This document shows positions 52,832 through 64,000 of a stretch of 64,000 nt of DNA, piece by piece (the first letter of the stretch is position 1; each line of letters opens with the position of its first letter). The position numbers were made by a program, and so were the translations under genes. The stretch is from Lama glama (Eukaryota). The notes under the pieces are model-generated. The model was given only the letters and a program-made list of their open reading frames with translations, was not told the DNA's origin and ran no database searches. The stretch covers positions 46,626,001 to 46,690,000 of the forward strand of contig CM052816.1 in assembly GCA_028534125.1 (NCBI GenBank). The letters are read 5' to 3'.

Positions 52832-53739
52832 CTGTGGAGAAATGAGGCTTAGTGACTGGCTGTTTATACATAGTAAGTAAATAGGAACTTTGTTTATTTT
52901 ACAAAGCATTTTTTATTTTGACCCAGATTTCTTTTCCTCATCACACCCAACGGCTGTAAACAGCAATAATATGGTAGAACAGGTATTCTGCACAACTCTT
53001 TTTAACACCACTTAAGAAAACATAATTATTAAAGTAGAAACTCAGAATGCCGAGGCTAAGCACATTACTTCTTGTGCTGCTTTATATATCTTGACTACTA
53101 TATTTATGTCAGATGTATCAATGAACACTGCCTGCCTCTCTCTTTTCCTTCAAAAGGAAATGTTCTCAAACTATCAAGAAAGAAATCAATCTAAAAAATT
53201 CACATAAGTGATAAACGTCCTTACCTTAACCAGAGAGTAAGAGAACTCTAGCTTCGGCCCACTCCTAAACACCCAGGGCTTCCACAGACATCAGCTGCCA
53301 TTTTAAATGTTGTACTGGGATCCTCCATTCTCAACAGTGTAAGTGCCATGAGCATACAATTTGGACATTGAGTCTCTCAGAACTACACGCTTTCTAATTT
53401 TGGTAGCATGATTAATCCCTCCTATGTGATAAGTTTTTAACCTTCTAATATTTCTTTGGATCGAAAAGAACAAATGAGCTACAGCAAAGAATGGCAACTG
53501 ACTTTAATGCTTAACACAATTTAATAACCTGGAGTGAAGTAAGTGTGTGCTATGTTTCCATTAAAAAGTTTCCAGCCACAATTAATTGAACAAAAACTCA
53601 TCTTGTTCCAAGATTATTCTTGGAAATGTAATTTTAAAGTCTGTGTGAAATAGGGGAACTTACTTTTTACCATATGAAAGCAATCTCATTTTTTAGGAAC
53701 GATTTTTGGATAGACTTCCGATTTGATATTTTCCATTTG

Positions 53740-53985
53740 AACTGGCAGCGAAGGGGCTTGGAAGGGGGGAGGGGAGAAAAGCAATTCTGTGTTCTTCTGC
53801 CAGCACTGACAAAGGTCTGCTTGTCAGTGATACCTTTACAGCTAAATTTACCCCAGAGTGACAGGAACAGGTGCACCTCGGCCTGCCAGACACTTGTGCA
53901 CAGGGATCACGCATCTTACGGCTTGACGATCAAGGGGGGAAAGCCTGGGTCTTCATAGAAAAGGAGAGGAGGCAAACGCAGCCCA
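53740..53985 (+). promoter_or_regulatory. MEF2C: MEF2C distal (skeletal-muscle) promoter/enhancer
   Basis: ACCTTTACAGCTAAATTTACCCCAGAGTGACAGGAACAGGTGCACC matches my recall of the mouse Mef2c muscle control region: MEF2-like site CTAAATTTAC 53842-53851 and E-box CAGGTG 53868-53873; G-rich GGGGGAGGGG box at about 53765-53774. Confidence 0.85.
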
Positions 53986-54121
53986 AACTGGGGGGTTTCT
54001 CTTCAAAGCCAGCTGGTCTGGCTTTATTCTACAGGAATTTTTTTACCTGTCAGAGTTTGGACAACAAAGCCCTCAGCAGGTGCTGACGGGTACAACTTCC
54101 TGGAGAAGCAGAAAGGCACTG
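53986..54121 (+). other. MEF2C: Non-coding first (5'UTR) exon of the distal-promoter MEF2C transcript
   Basis: AACTGGGGGGTTTCTCTTCAAAGCCAGCTGGTCTGG...GAGAAGCAGAAAGGCACTG matches my recall of a human MEF2C mRNA 5' end; it contains no ATG; donor G|GTGAGT at 54121/54122. The start coordinate is approximate and the TSS may lie further 5'. Confidence 0.85.
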
Positions 54122-57100
54122 GTGAGTTTCAATTGCCAAAATATATTTTTTAATCTCTAAAAGTTGATTTTGTTATCTTGGAAGAGGCACTGCTGAGGTA
54201 CCTACATTCAGAACACTGAGGAGACCACTGGAATCAGAGCCAACTAACTCAACAGTGGGTTTATCTGTTGTAGAAAGTAGGGCTATTACCATTTGACAAT
54301 TTTTCAGAGTTAAAGAAAGGTTATACTTTATATTTTTAATGTGGGTCTCTTTCATCACTATCTTCAATATCTTAAAAATGAAGAATTAATTATATATATG
54401 ATATTAGACTATCCAAATAAATACACAAATACTATTTCATCCCTTTACCTAATTCTGTCATAATCTATTCATTCCAAATAAAATGTTATTTTTCAATAAA
54501 TCTCCAAATAAAAATGTGAAATGGTACATGCTCTTTTCAAATGTTTCATGTGCTAGTATTTTTCATGTGTGCATGTGAAATGAATATGATTAGAGAGAAT
54601 ATGAAATTAATTTTATTGTAATACATTTTTTTAAAACATTGCACAGAATGTTTAATAATGAAAGTGGCAACATTTTCTTATAACTTTACAAAGAGTTTCT
54701 TTAGAGAAAAATCTTTGGAATGAACAATCAATACAGTACTAACGCATGTTTTTACGTCACTGATTTCCAAAATTAGTACATTTATATATTTGGTATTTTT
54801 ATTTTGTGAATTCAAAAGTTTAGGCAAAAATATTTTTTTCAGAATAGGACTTTAATTAATGCAAAACATGGAAAAGTGAGACCACATGTTAGGACATATT
54901 TTTAAAAAGAGATTCTATTTCAAGGACTCATTCTTTTAACTATGCTTCACAGCATTTCTCTACAAATTGTTGTATTATAGCAAATTGAAAACATTTATTT
55001 AAGCAAGTAAGGAGCTCAAAGCTAGGGACTATACATAGTAAACATATGAAACCATTTTAATAACCAAAATCCATATTCACAAGCAACATGGACTAATGAA
55101 TGTAAAAGACACACAGCATACATTGAGCAAAAATGCTATAAATTATGATGCAGAAAATCAATTTTCTGGGCTGTGGGGGGTAGAATTGGTGCTTAAGAAG
55201 AGAAATGCTCCCACCAATATAAATGAATACTGTGAAGCAATTGTCTTATTCTGATGATCTCATAAATAATTTTCAATCTGCATGCTTAATACATAGTCAC
55301 ATAGTGGGAAAATAGTAAGATTTTTTTAATACCCACAGTATCTAAAACAAGTTTCAAATCAATGATGATACGGGTATGTCCCGAATTTATATGTATCACA
55401 CTCTATCAGACTGAGTTAATTGCTGTTTAAAATTATGAAATATTTGTGGTTTAATAATTACCAGAAATGATCTCCCCACCAAAAAATCTAATTTTTGAAA
55501 CATAATCTTATCTACATTTCAATGAACCCATATTTTAAAAAACTGAAACCCAAATCTGATTTCCATAATAAATTACTAAATGTAGAATACGGTTCAGAAT
55601 ATTAAAACCTCTTATTTTTTTAAAAAAGAAATACATTGTGATTCAAACTGCTATTTTTGTGTGATATTTTAAATCTTCAGTATATTGATTCTGGCACTTG
55701 AGTAACCATGGTCACTGAATTTTTTAGTTAACGTTATTATCTCTTAAAGAATGAGTATGTACTCAATGCAAACGATAATTTTTTTACTTATCTTGTCTGT
55801 TAAATACATATTCCTAAAGAATCAAAGCACGTGCTTTTAAAGATGACTAATTATTGCAAAACTGAACATACACTCTTAAGTCAACTTCAAAATTACATTT
55901 AAGTTTTTATGTGCAATACAATTAGCTATAATTATAATACTGTCTTTCATTAACATTAAGTATAAGCAATACAAAAGTTCTTCCAAACTATTTTTTATGA
56001 CTCTTATGAATTACTTAAGTGTGACTGAGCCTGTAAGAAACAATGTTAGGTATAGCCCAAATATTTCTAAATAACTAAAATTTATAAGTTTAACTATGCT
56101 CTAAATTGTGGGCTTAATCTAAAATTCCATGATATTTCTTTTAATTATGAGAAGAAGCTTTAATTACTTGTTTGACATGCAGCTACATGTTTGTCCTTCT
56201 GATAAACCCTCAACTTTCCTGTCAGGAAAATACCTACGCCAACTCCCTCAATGTATGGGAATGGTTTCTTTTAATAAGTCTTACTCAGAAACTGTGGCTT
56301 AAAGTTGCAATGACTCGTACATGCCCTAAAAGTTTAATTTTAAAACACATGTACTTTAAGTATTATTTGCAATATATGTTCATGTGTTAAGGAGAGCTTA
56401 TTTATAGTGGAGAAAAATTAATTATTCTCCCATTTCAGAAAGACATTTGAAAAACATTTTCTTTACCTTATATATTCATAGGGAAAATCTTGGTTCTCCT
56501 GGCACTCAATTCCAAAAAATTATATTCTGAATATCAATCTATTTAATTTCAGGACAAAGAAGTTTCCAGCTAAAATGGTTTACTTGTAAGTATTTAAAGA
56601 AACAAAAATTTTGGCAGCTTTATATGTATCTACTCATTGACCAGCCACCTGACTGACAGCTGTCAACTGTCTGTGAGCCAAATGTAACCCAGTAAAGATA
56701 AAAATTACATATTACTCATCCCTGTTGATGATAATACCTGGTGCCAGCAGGTTTTCAAATAGGAATAACTAGACTGTAGATACAAAGAAGTAAAAGAGGA
56801 ATCATTTCCACCATCTACCATCCCTCCTCTGTCACTAACTTGTTTCCCCTTCCTTTTCCTACCTCCCCTACCTCTCTCAATGTCCATATCTCACACCGAC
56901 AAAGAGTTAATTTCCTTAAAGGAACTTCAGATAAATGTAATGAGTGGGTATCCATGAAAATACTGGGCAGCCAGGTAATGATGCCCACACATTTCTTTCA
57001 ATCAAATCTTCTTTTAAGTTCATGGAATCTTTGCAAGAGTCTTTGAAGCTTTCAACTACTCATTTTAAAGAAAATGAAACAGAAGTACAAAAATGAAAGT

Positions 57101-59901
57101 TACCTAAGATCATCAATGTGAGGATGTAGATGCAGGCTTGGGTCTGTGTCCCAACTTCATATCCAGTGATTTTTTTGCCTTCTATTAGACTTAAACATGT
57201 GGACTGTCACACTATAAGTAAAAAAGAGCACATGAAAATTAATGTGAATTACATTCCTTTGGAGAAGCATATTCAGTCACAAAATGTAATATCTTTTAGA
57301 GAAGTACAGCTTTACCAGAGTATATTAAAATGTACTTTAAAAAAAACATAAACACATTAAAATTTCTATGGTGTGAATTCTCATTTAGGTTCTCTTTACT
57401 ATTTAAGTTGATTTTCAAACTGAAAATATTAAAGGTGCACATGAAGTAGCAGAAATAAAAAATAATCAATGGCAGCATATATGTTTAGATGAATGAGAAA
57501 TGAAAAGTTCAGGTTGAAATTTTTTTTTGAAATAATAGAGAATAATTAAAAATACCCAATATACCAACACATAAGCATATGCATAATACTCAAGTGCAGA
57601 ATATATTAAACAGTTCATATAAATGACCCAACAACTAACTAGCTTATATGTATGTGTGTTCATTACTAAACCTCTCTGGATCCTAGCAGCTTCATCAGCA
57701 AGTGTTTCCTAACAGTTCAGAAATTCTTTAACTCAATACCTGTATTAATATAAGCATCTGATATTTATTCAAATAATTATTAATTATATTAATATTTTAT
57801 ATTGTTATAATATAATTTGTTGGCAATGCTCCACAACATACTGATTCAGTCAAGGTCATGAAAATATATTCAAATTAAATACCTAATTTTTTCTGACCCT
57901 CTAGAAAAGGAATTGTTTAGGAGATATCTACCATGTTCTGAATTTTAAATAATTTATGTTAACCCTAGGCTTTGGAGCAATATTTGCCTGTGAGAAGTGT
58001 TTGCTTTAAAATCCAGACATGCAAACACATTTTTTTAAAAAAGGAGAGGGAAGCTTAAAACATTGATATAGGATATGGGAGGAAATTGTGGAAAGGGTTT
58101 CCTTGCAAGGGATTAGTCTAAAATAATCTCCAACATCTCTATGATACCATTTAGCAACTAAATTATATATCTAAATTTACAAATGAATTTGCTTATTCTA
58201 TTACATTTAGTCCAAATCAACATTAGTCATTAATCAGCAAACCATTTAACAATACGCAATAACAGTATGCAAATCAACTACAAGCAAAATAATCAGTAAA
58301 TAATATCCATTTCTAACAACTGAGAAAGACAGGGGTGTCAAAGCAAAATATGCAAAATCACAGGACTTTCAAATAAATTCAACCATCTCCCTGTATCTCA
58401 AATGACTGTTAGTGAAAGTGAATGATGACTTGTCCCTCGTCTGCCTTTGAAGGATCATAAATGTTTTCTCCTCAAAGCTGAAGAGTGCTGTCCACAAAGC
58501 ACCAGAGCAGAAGTAGGGTACTCTGAGTTGTAGTCTCTGTTTGCACTGCTTAGTAATTTCGTAACTGGAAACAGGTCATGTAACCTCTGAGAGGCTACTG
58601 AAAGGATGAGACTCTTGCTAGGCTGTGTGTAAATCAGAGGAAAGGAAGTTTCAGTTATCCAATAAGAAGGCGTATCCTCTGCTGTGTGTGAAGTCCCAAA
58701 AGGACTCTGGACCTTACTGGTGGGTTCCGTTCTGCAGTGGCCTGCTCTGCCCTCTCCTTATTGCTGTAAGTAGCTCACCATGTCAGCATTCCAAGTATTA
58801 AAACTAACACCAGTATTAACTTATGAAATCAGTGGGCAAAACAAAATCACTTTGTAATACATTACTGACTGGCTGGCCATATTTTTCCCACTTGGGTGCC
58901 CTGGCAACAAAACATGAAAGGTCTTACCATCAAAATGATATTATTTATGTAGCTTTGAAGTTTCCAGTGTGCTCTCTAAGGCTGAGTTGACACAAAGGAC
59001 TTAATAGTCATTTAATGTTTTTAGTTTCATACAATGGGAGACTTTTTTAATGAAAGAAAAAAAATTCACCACACTCACTGCTGTAAGCCAGTATGTGAAT
59101 ATGTTTGTTCGTGTCAGAAAGACACTGGAACAAGAAACAGGCGTGGCGGAGAACCCCTAATCTGAAGTGATAAAAATATCTGAATCCCAGAGAGGTTAAT
59201 AGCAGCAGCTGGGGATGGAGAGAGGTTAAAAGGCTGGGAATGTGGACTGCCGTGTTGCCTGGGATGCCAGTGTTGTGAAGGCCCTTCATGATTGCTGGGC
59301 AGACCAAGGTAATTACTGAGGTGATAAGGAACATTTGTATTGATTGAAAGTCGCTTTGGTGAAAAGCCACATTTCTTAAGTGATCAAGAACAAGCGCTAG
59401 TCCTGGGTGCAGTGAATCTCAGCTCACAGCTGCTGGCAGTCACTGAAATACGCACGTGTTTGTGGGCCAGCTGTCACTACAGGTAGAGGTCCCTGGATCC
59501 AAAGCCCATTTTAAAGGTTTTGCTGAGATTCTGGACTCCAAGGAGCATATTCCATCCAAGAAAAGATAGGTGCTACTCCTCAGATAAGTGAAGATGAAGA
59601 CATTCAGAAATGCACAGAAATTTCAGAGAACTAGCTCCCCATGTTGCTTAGTCAGTTTTCTCATTACAATAGGTGGAATCTATGTGGCTTTTTTTTTTTT
59701 GCTTATTTTAATATGAACCAAGATAGGCAATGGGAAAACTCATATCATTTTGAACTCTCATTCTCACTATTTTGAAAGGTGTTCACTAACTTAAAAGTCC
59801 CATGAAACTTAAGATGATTCAGGAGAACAGGAACAAATGATGGAGAAAAGGTAAGGTTGCAGGATTAGGACTTGGTAGACTTTATGCTTACTCTACACTA
59901 A

Positions 59902-60043
59902 AGCAGTGGCTTGCAAACAAAATGTACGTAAGAAACACTGGAGGAGTTAATTAAAATGCAGGTCCCTGAGATTGTGGCTCCATGGACCTGAGGTGGGGCC
60001 CAGGAACCTGCATGAATCTGACGCACTCTGAAAAACTGCTCTC
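59902..60043. mobile_element. MER5A-like hAT-Charlie MITE
   Basis: CAGTGG...TTAAAATGCAG...CTGAGGTGGGGCCCAGGAACCTGCAT...CACTCTGAAAAACTGCT. Confidence 0.7.
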
Positions 60044-60836
60044 TGCGCTAGGTTGTTCAGTCCTCACTGGAGCCTTCTGTAAGTGGGTGGGTTCCCCTGC
60101 TCTACAGTAGCAAGAAAATGAGCACTTAGAAATCTCAGGCCCTGAGAGATCAAAGGGAACATGCGGACACAGCTACAGATGTTCTATGTCCACTTTTATT
60201 TACTGTCTGATATAGTTTTGCCTAAGTAGTTCATTACTTTTCATTCTTTTTATGTAGGTTGGCAAATGATAAGGTTCACGCAATACTAATGATAAGGCAA
60301 AAATCATTCTCAAGTTCTCCTGAGGTTTCAGGCACTAAATAGTATAGCCTGAAATATGAAAAATGGCTTGAACTGACCCCTTAGGAAAGTCATGAAAAAA
60401 AAGCACACACAGTGTTTATTAAGAGAAGTATGTATGCAAACATACTCAGTTTTAGAATACTAGAATTCTAGTTTCAGAAGCTTTAGAATACCAGTGATCA
60501 CTGACCGAGGGAGTTTAAAGGGTTATTGGCCTAGTGTTAATGTATGGGAAACTGCAGGCTTTATTCTTCTGTATGTGAGTCACTCTGTGGCCATAGGCTA
60601 CACAAACTAGAATCTCACAGTTACATAAGGGTAAGGTGAGAATGTGTGGCTGGATGAACACAAATCCTTCACAAATGCTAGATACACAAGATAAGCACAT
60701 GCTTTACTGGCTGCGAGTTAATCATCATTGTAATCAAAGAGTAATTATAGTGATTAACAACAAAAATAATCATAGAAACTCTTCTATGACCATACTGTCT
60801 ATAGCATAAATCATCAATTATTTAGAAATAAGCTCA

Positions 60837-60898
60837 ACACTGGAATTTGACACAACATTGTAAAATGATTATAAATCAATAAAAAATGTTAAAAAAAA
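60837..60898 (+). mobile_element. Short young-looking LINE-1 3' tail
   Basis: ACACTGGAATTTGACACAACATTGTAAAATGATTATAAATCAATAAAAAATGTTAAAAAAAA: L1-type terminus with AATAAA and an A tail. Confidence 0.7.
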
Positions 60899-62659
60899 TT
60901 TACAACTGAAAATAAAGAGATGGAGCAGAAAAGATGAAGGAAAGACAAAAGAAATAAAGGTGAAAAAGGAAGGAAATGGAAAAGATGGGAGTAAATCTGT
61001 TGATTAGCTATTTAGCTATTTCTAAAGGGATCAAAAGGAACACAAAAATTGAAGAATGTTTCTTACATACCCCTCTTCAAGTAGTGTTCAAACTCTTTTA
61101 CTTAGACTCATATTTCATTTCTGAATAAAGTACACTCTATTTAATATGGATGCTCCATATTTAGAGGTTTAATGCTATACAAAGTTGGGACACATTTCAT
61201 TGATGTGCCCGATCTTTGCACTCAGGAAGATGCTTTACCTGTGATTTCATAGAGGAGATAAAAGACAGAATGCATTTTGCCCTCCAACCTTGAACCTCTC
61301 CCCAATCCTTCCAAATTCTTCCCTCCGTCCAGGAAGTAACAGTATTCTTATCATAGGGTTTTTATATTCCCTTCAAGACATTTCTGGAGAAATAATCACT
61401 AACAACACCTCTGGTGGCTTTTGGGGTGGGGGCAGAAGGGAGTGCACAACACAGTAGGCGGTGATCCAAGGGACACACAGCAACTGTGTGCCTCCTATGC
61501 AAAGAAGGAATAGAAAAGGAAACCAGGGCAGCAGGAACTAAAGTATATTATATTTTTTAAAAAACTAGTAAGTAGACAAATGTTCAAGAATCATGATATT
61601 TTGCTGACAGAGAATTTGTCTCTCAATCCCAACCTTTTCAAAAATAATAAAATGTCTTCCTCAAGGAAGAGCCAGGCTTCTCACTGACTTGCAGCCAGGT
61701 CAGAACACCGTGACCTGAGACATACTGAGAGTCTCCTCCCCAAAGCATCTCCTGACCAACACAGCAGGGATTTTGTAGAATTTGTGTAATCACAGATATT
61801 CCTTTGGATTATGAACTCTTTTTGGAAAACTTCTGAAGAGAAGTTCATTTAAAGGAATAACACATTGCTACTGCATCACAATGTAAGTGGCTGGAGTGCT
61901 TGGCTCCTCTGGTAGAACATAGTCCAAGAGAATTCAGGAACATAAAGAGGCTTCTGAGGAATGAAAGAACCTTGTGGGTCATATCAGGGAGAGGCTGGGA
62001 GGAGATAGAGGCACGCAATAAAGAGCTATTATTGATTTTTAAAACTGCAGCTGGGTGAGTGGAGCATGCCAGAGTGAAAGGAGGACCAGCTGAAGGTGAG
62101 TGGAGGGAAGATGGTGATACAAAGACAAGCTTCAGCAACCTTACCATTTTGCCTGCACCACACCCATAATCTTGATTACAAAGGACTTAAAAATTCAGAT
62201 TTAATAGAAAGCCACTAATTCTATACATTTATGCTAAGGTTCCATAAATTTAAGTGTGAGATATGTAATCAATAAGCAATTGAGAAGATGTCTGATATAG
62301 TTAAAAAATAAAATTTTGGTGCCTTATTCTGGGCAAATAAAATTATTTTCATAAGCCTGATCAAATCGAGTATGAATACAAAAAAAGATTCTCTGAAAAG
62401 TTTATATAAAATACTGACAAGGATATTAGAAATTGGACACCCCAAAGTGCAAGGCCCTTCGGTATAATGCATATTGGTTTGATCAACATATTGTCATAAA
62501 TGTTTTATATTTATTTCAAATATGAAATGCTTTTATGAAATAAAACTACTTTGAAGCATGAAAGCTGATAGAAAAGAAAATATCGTCTAAAATTTTGTTA
62601 GATGACTGATGTTGAGATGTTTTTCAGGAATATGGGATAGCCCTTGAAAGTGAAATAGT

Positions 62660-62865
62660 ATAATGATAGCTAACTATATTGAACGTTTTCTACATGCCAG
62701 GCACTAAATGGCTATACAAGTACAATTCACATCTTCTTGTTAGCAAAATCATCATCCTGGGGAGGTCCCACAACTTTCCCCACTTTACAATGAGGATATT
62801 TAGAGAATAAAGGTTAAATGATTACTAAGTGTTTGAGCCTGGATTCTAATCCGGGATCTCTATTT
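62660..62865 (-). mobile_element. MIR SINE
   Basis: TAATGATAGCTAAC...TACATGCCAGGCACT...CCCCACTTTACAATGAGGA...AGGTTAAATGA...GAGCCTGGATTCTAATCC. Confidence 0.7.
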
Positions 62866-63449
62866 ACCCTTTCACTCTGGCTTTATCCTGTTGTACATTG
62901 TCTGAAAAGGTATTTCCCACAATGTTCATACATGATATATAACTTTTCATTAATGAAACTGACTTCTCAAAAAAATGAGCAGAACTTTTGAGTGTTAGTT
63001 GCCAAAATGTCTCCTTAAAGGCTACACATTTATATCAGGGACATCCTTGAAATTCCCAACTTGTATCTGCGATTAGTGTCAATTTATGAAGCAGATATCC
63101 AATAATCTGCTGCTTTATAATCATATCATAGTTTCCATCAAGCACTTTGTTCATGACATTTGGTTTGGATTTAGTTTCAGTAACAAATTCATCCTTAATG
63201 ATAATGACTTGCCAACAGACTGTTAAGATTGCAGAGTAAACGCCTAAGGACATTTCTGTAGAAACTTAAATGCAAGGACACCATTACTGAAATAAGCAAA
63301 GAGCTTCCTAAAGTGTGAGCCTTGAAGAGGTTGACACACGGTTAGACACATATTTATGAAATATTTTCTGGCTGGGAAAAAAATATCGATTATATCATTT
63401 CCTGCTCTCATCATCCCTATAAGTGAGCAAAGTTTATGAGTATAAGGAA

Positions 63450-63712
63450 GCCGCATAGCATCGTAGCTAAGGGCGTCTACTGGAAACAAATCAACATGGT
63501 TTCACATCCTTTGTCTGACACTTATGAGCTATGTGACCTGGGGCAGGTACTATTACCCCTCTAAGCTTTAGTTTTTAAAATCTGTAAGATGGGGAGAATG
63601 GTAGTACCTATCAGAAAGGCTGTTGCTTAGGTAAAAGGAAGTAAAGTTTACAAAGCAATTAATACAGTATTAATCCAATACTGACAAATAGTGAGTGGCC
63701 ATTAAATGTTAT
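63450..63712 (+). mobile_element. Near full-length MIR SINE
   Basis: GCATAGCATCGTAGCTAAG...CACTTATGAGCTATGTGACCTGGGGCAGGT...CTCTAAGCTTTAGTTT...ATCTGTAAGATGGGGAGAAT...AGTACCTA...TAAATGTTA. Confidence 0.8.
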
Positions 63713-64000
63713 GCATTTTGAACTTACTTATTTTAACCCACATTCTAATAAGGTAGTATTATTTTTGCACATATACTACAAATCTTTGTATTACCAATAT
63801 GAATATTATTGATACAGAAATATTTAACTACAAATTTATTTTAGAAACCTTTTATAAGAGATCAGACCTTTTTTGGTTTGGATCTTTGACTCAATGAACT
63901 AGTATTCACTGGTAAAATAAACTGATTTTAATCATGGACTTAAATTTTAAAGTTTTATTGCATTTTACTTTTAATTCTCATCATATTCCAAAATAATTTA

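Larger units (their letters stand above)
54122..64000 (+). other. MEF2C: MEF2C intron following the distal first exon (continues beyond window)
   Basis: Begins at the GTGAGT donor; no next UTR exon or MADS-box coding sequence (MGRKKIQI) was recognised in the window. Confidence 0.75.

Noticed and set aside
1..64000. All ORFs in the six-frame track as protein-coding genes
   Set aside because: They are short (156 aa or less), many lack an ATG start, none shows a recognisable domain, and several derive from SINEs, L1 or microsatellites. No MADS-box sequence is present.

Overview
AT-rich, CpG-depleted mammalian genomic DNA, most likely camelid (alpaca/llama/camel), judged from four Vic-1-type tRNA-derived SINEs. 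No protein-coding exon is supported: the ORF track consists of short chance or repeat-derived frames. The anchor is at about 53.8-54.1 kb, where the sequence matches (from recall, not alignment) the distal skeletal-muscle promoter of MEF2C (MEF2-like site CTAAATTTAC next to E-box CAGGTG) and its non-coding first exon on the + strand, ending at the donor CACTG|gtgagt (54121/54122). Bases 1-53.8 kb are therefore the proximal MEF2C upstream regulatory region, which in human is traversed by the antisense lncRNA MEF2C-AS1; a clean 62-nt minus-strand exon candidate lies at 52770-52831. Bases 54.1-64 kb are the start of the following MEF2C intron. The rest is ancient repeats (L1M, L2, MIR, MLT1, MER3/MER33/MER5/MER8-like), microsatellites and motif-dense unique blocks that may be enhancers. 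The most notable unexplained structures are a diverged ~180-bp direct duplication (32601-32788 / 36200-36368) whose second copy carries a perfect MEF2 site, two paired MEF2-site clusters, a perfect TALE dimer palindrome nested in three E-boxes in the intron, and an inverted SINE pair. I found no convincing wholly new biological system; the findings are regulatory and evolutionary hypotheses. Repeat family names and boundaries are by eye and approximate.
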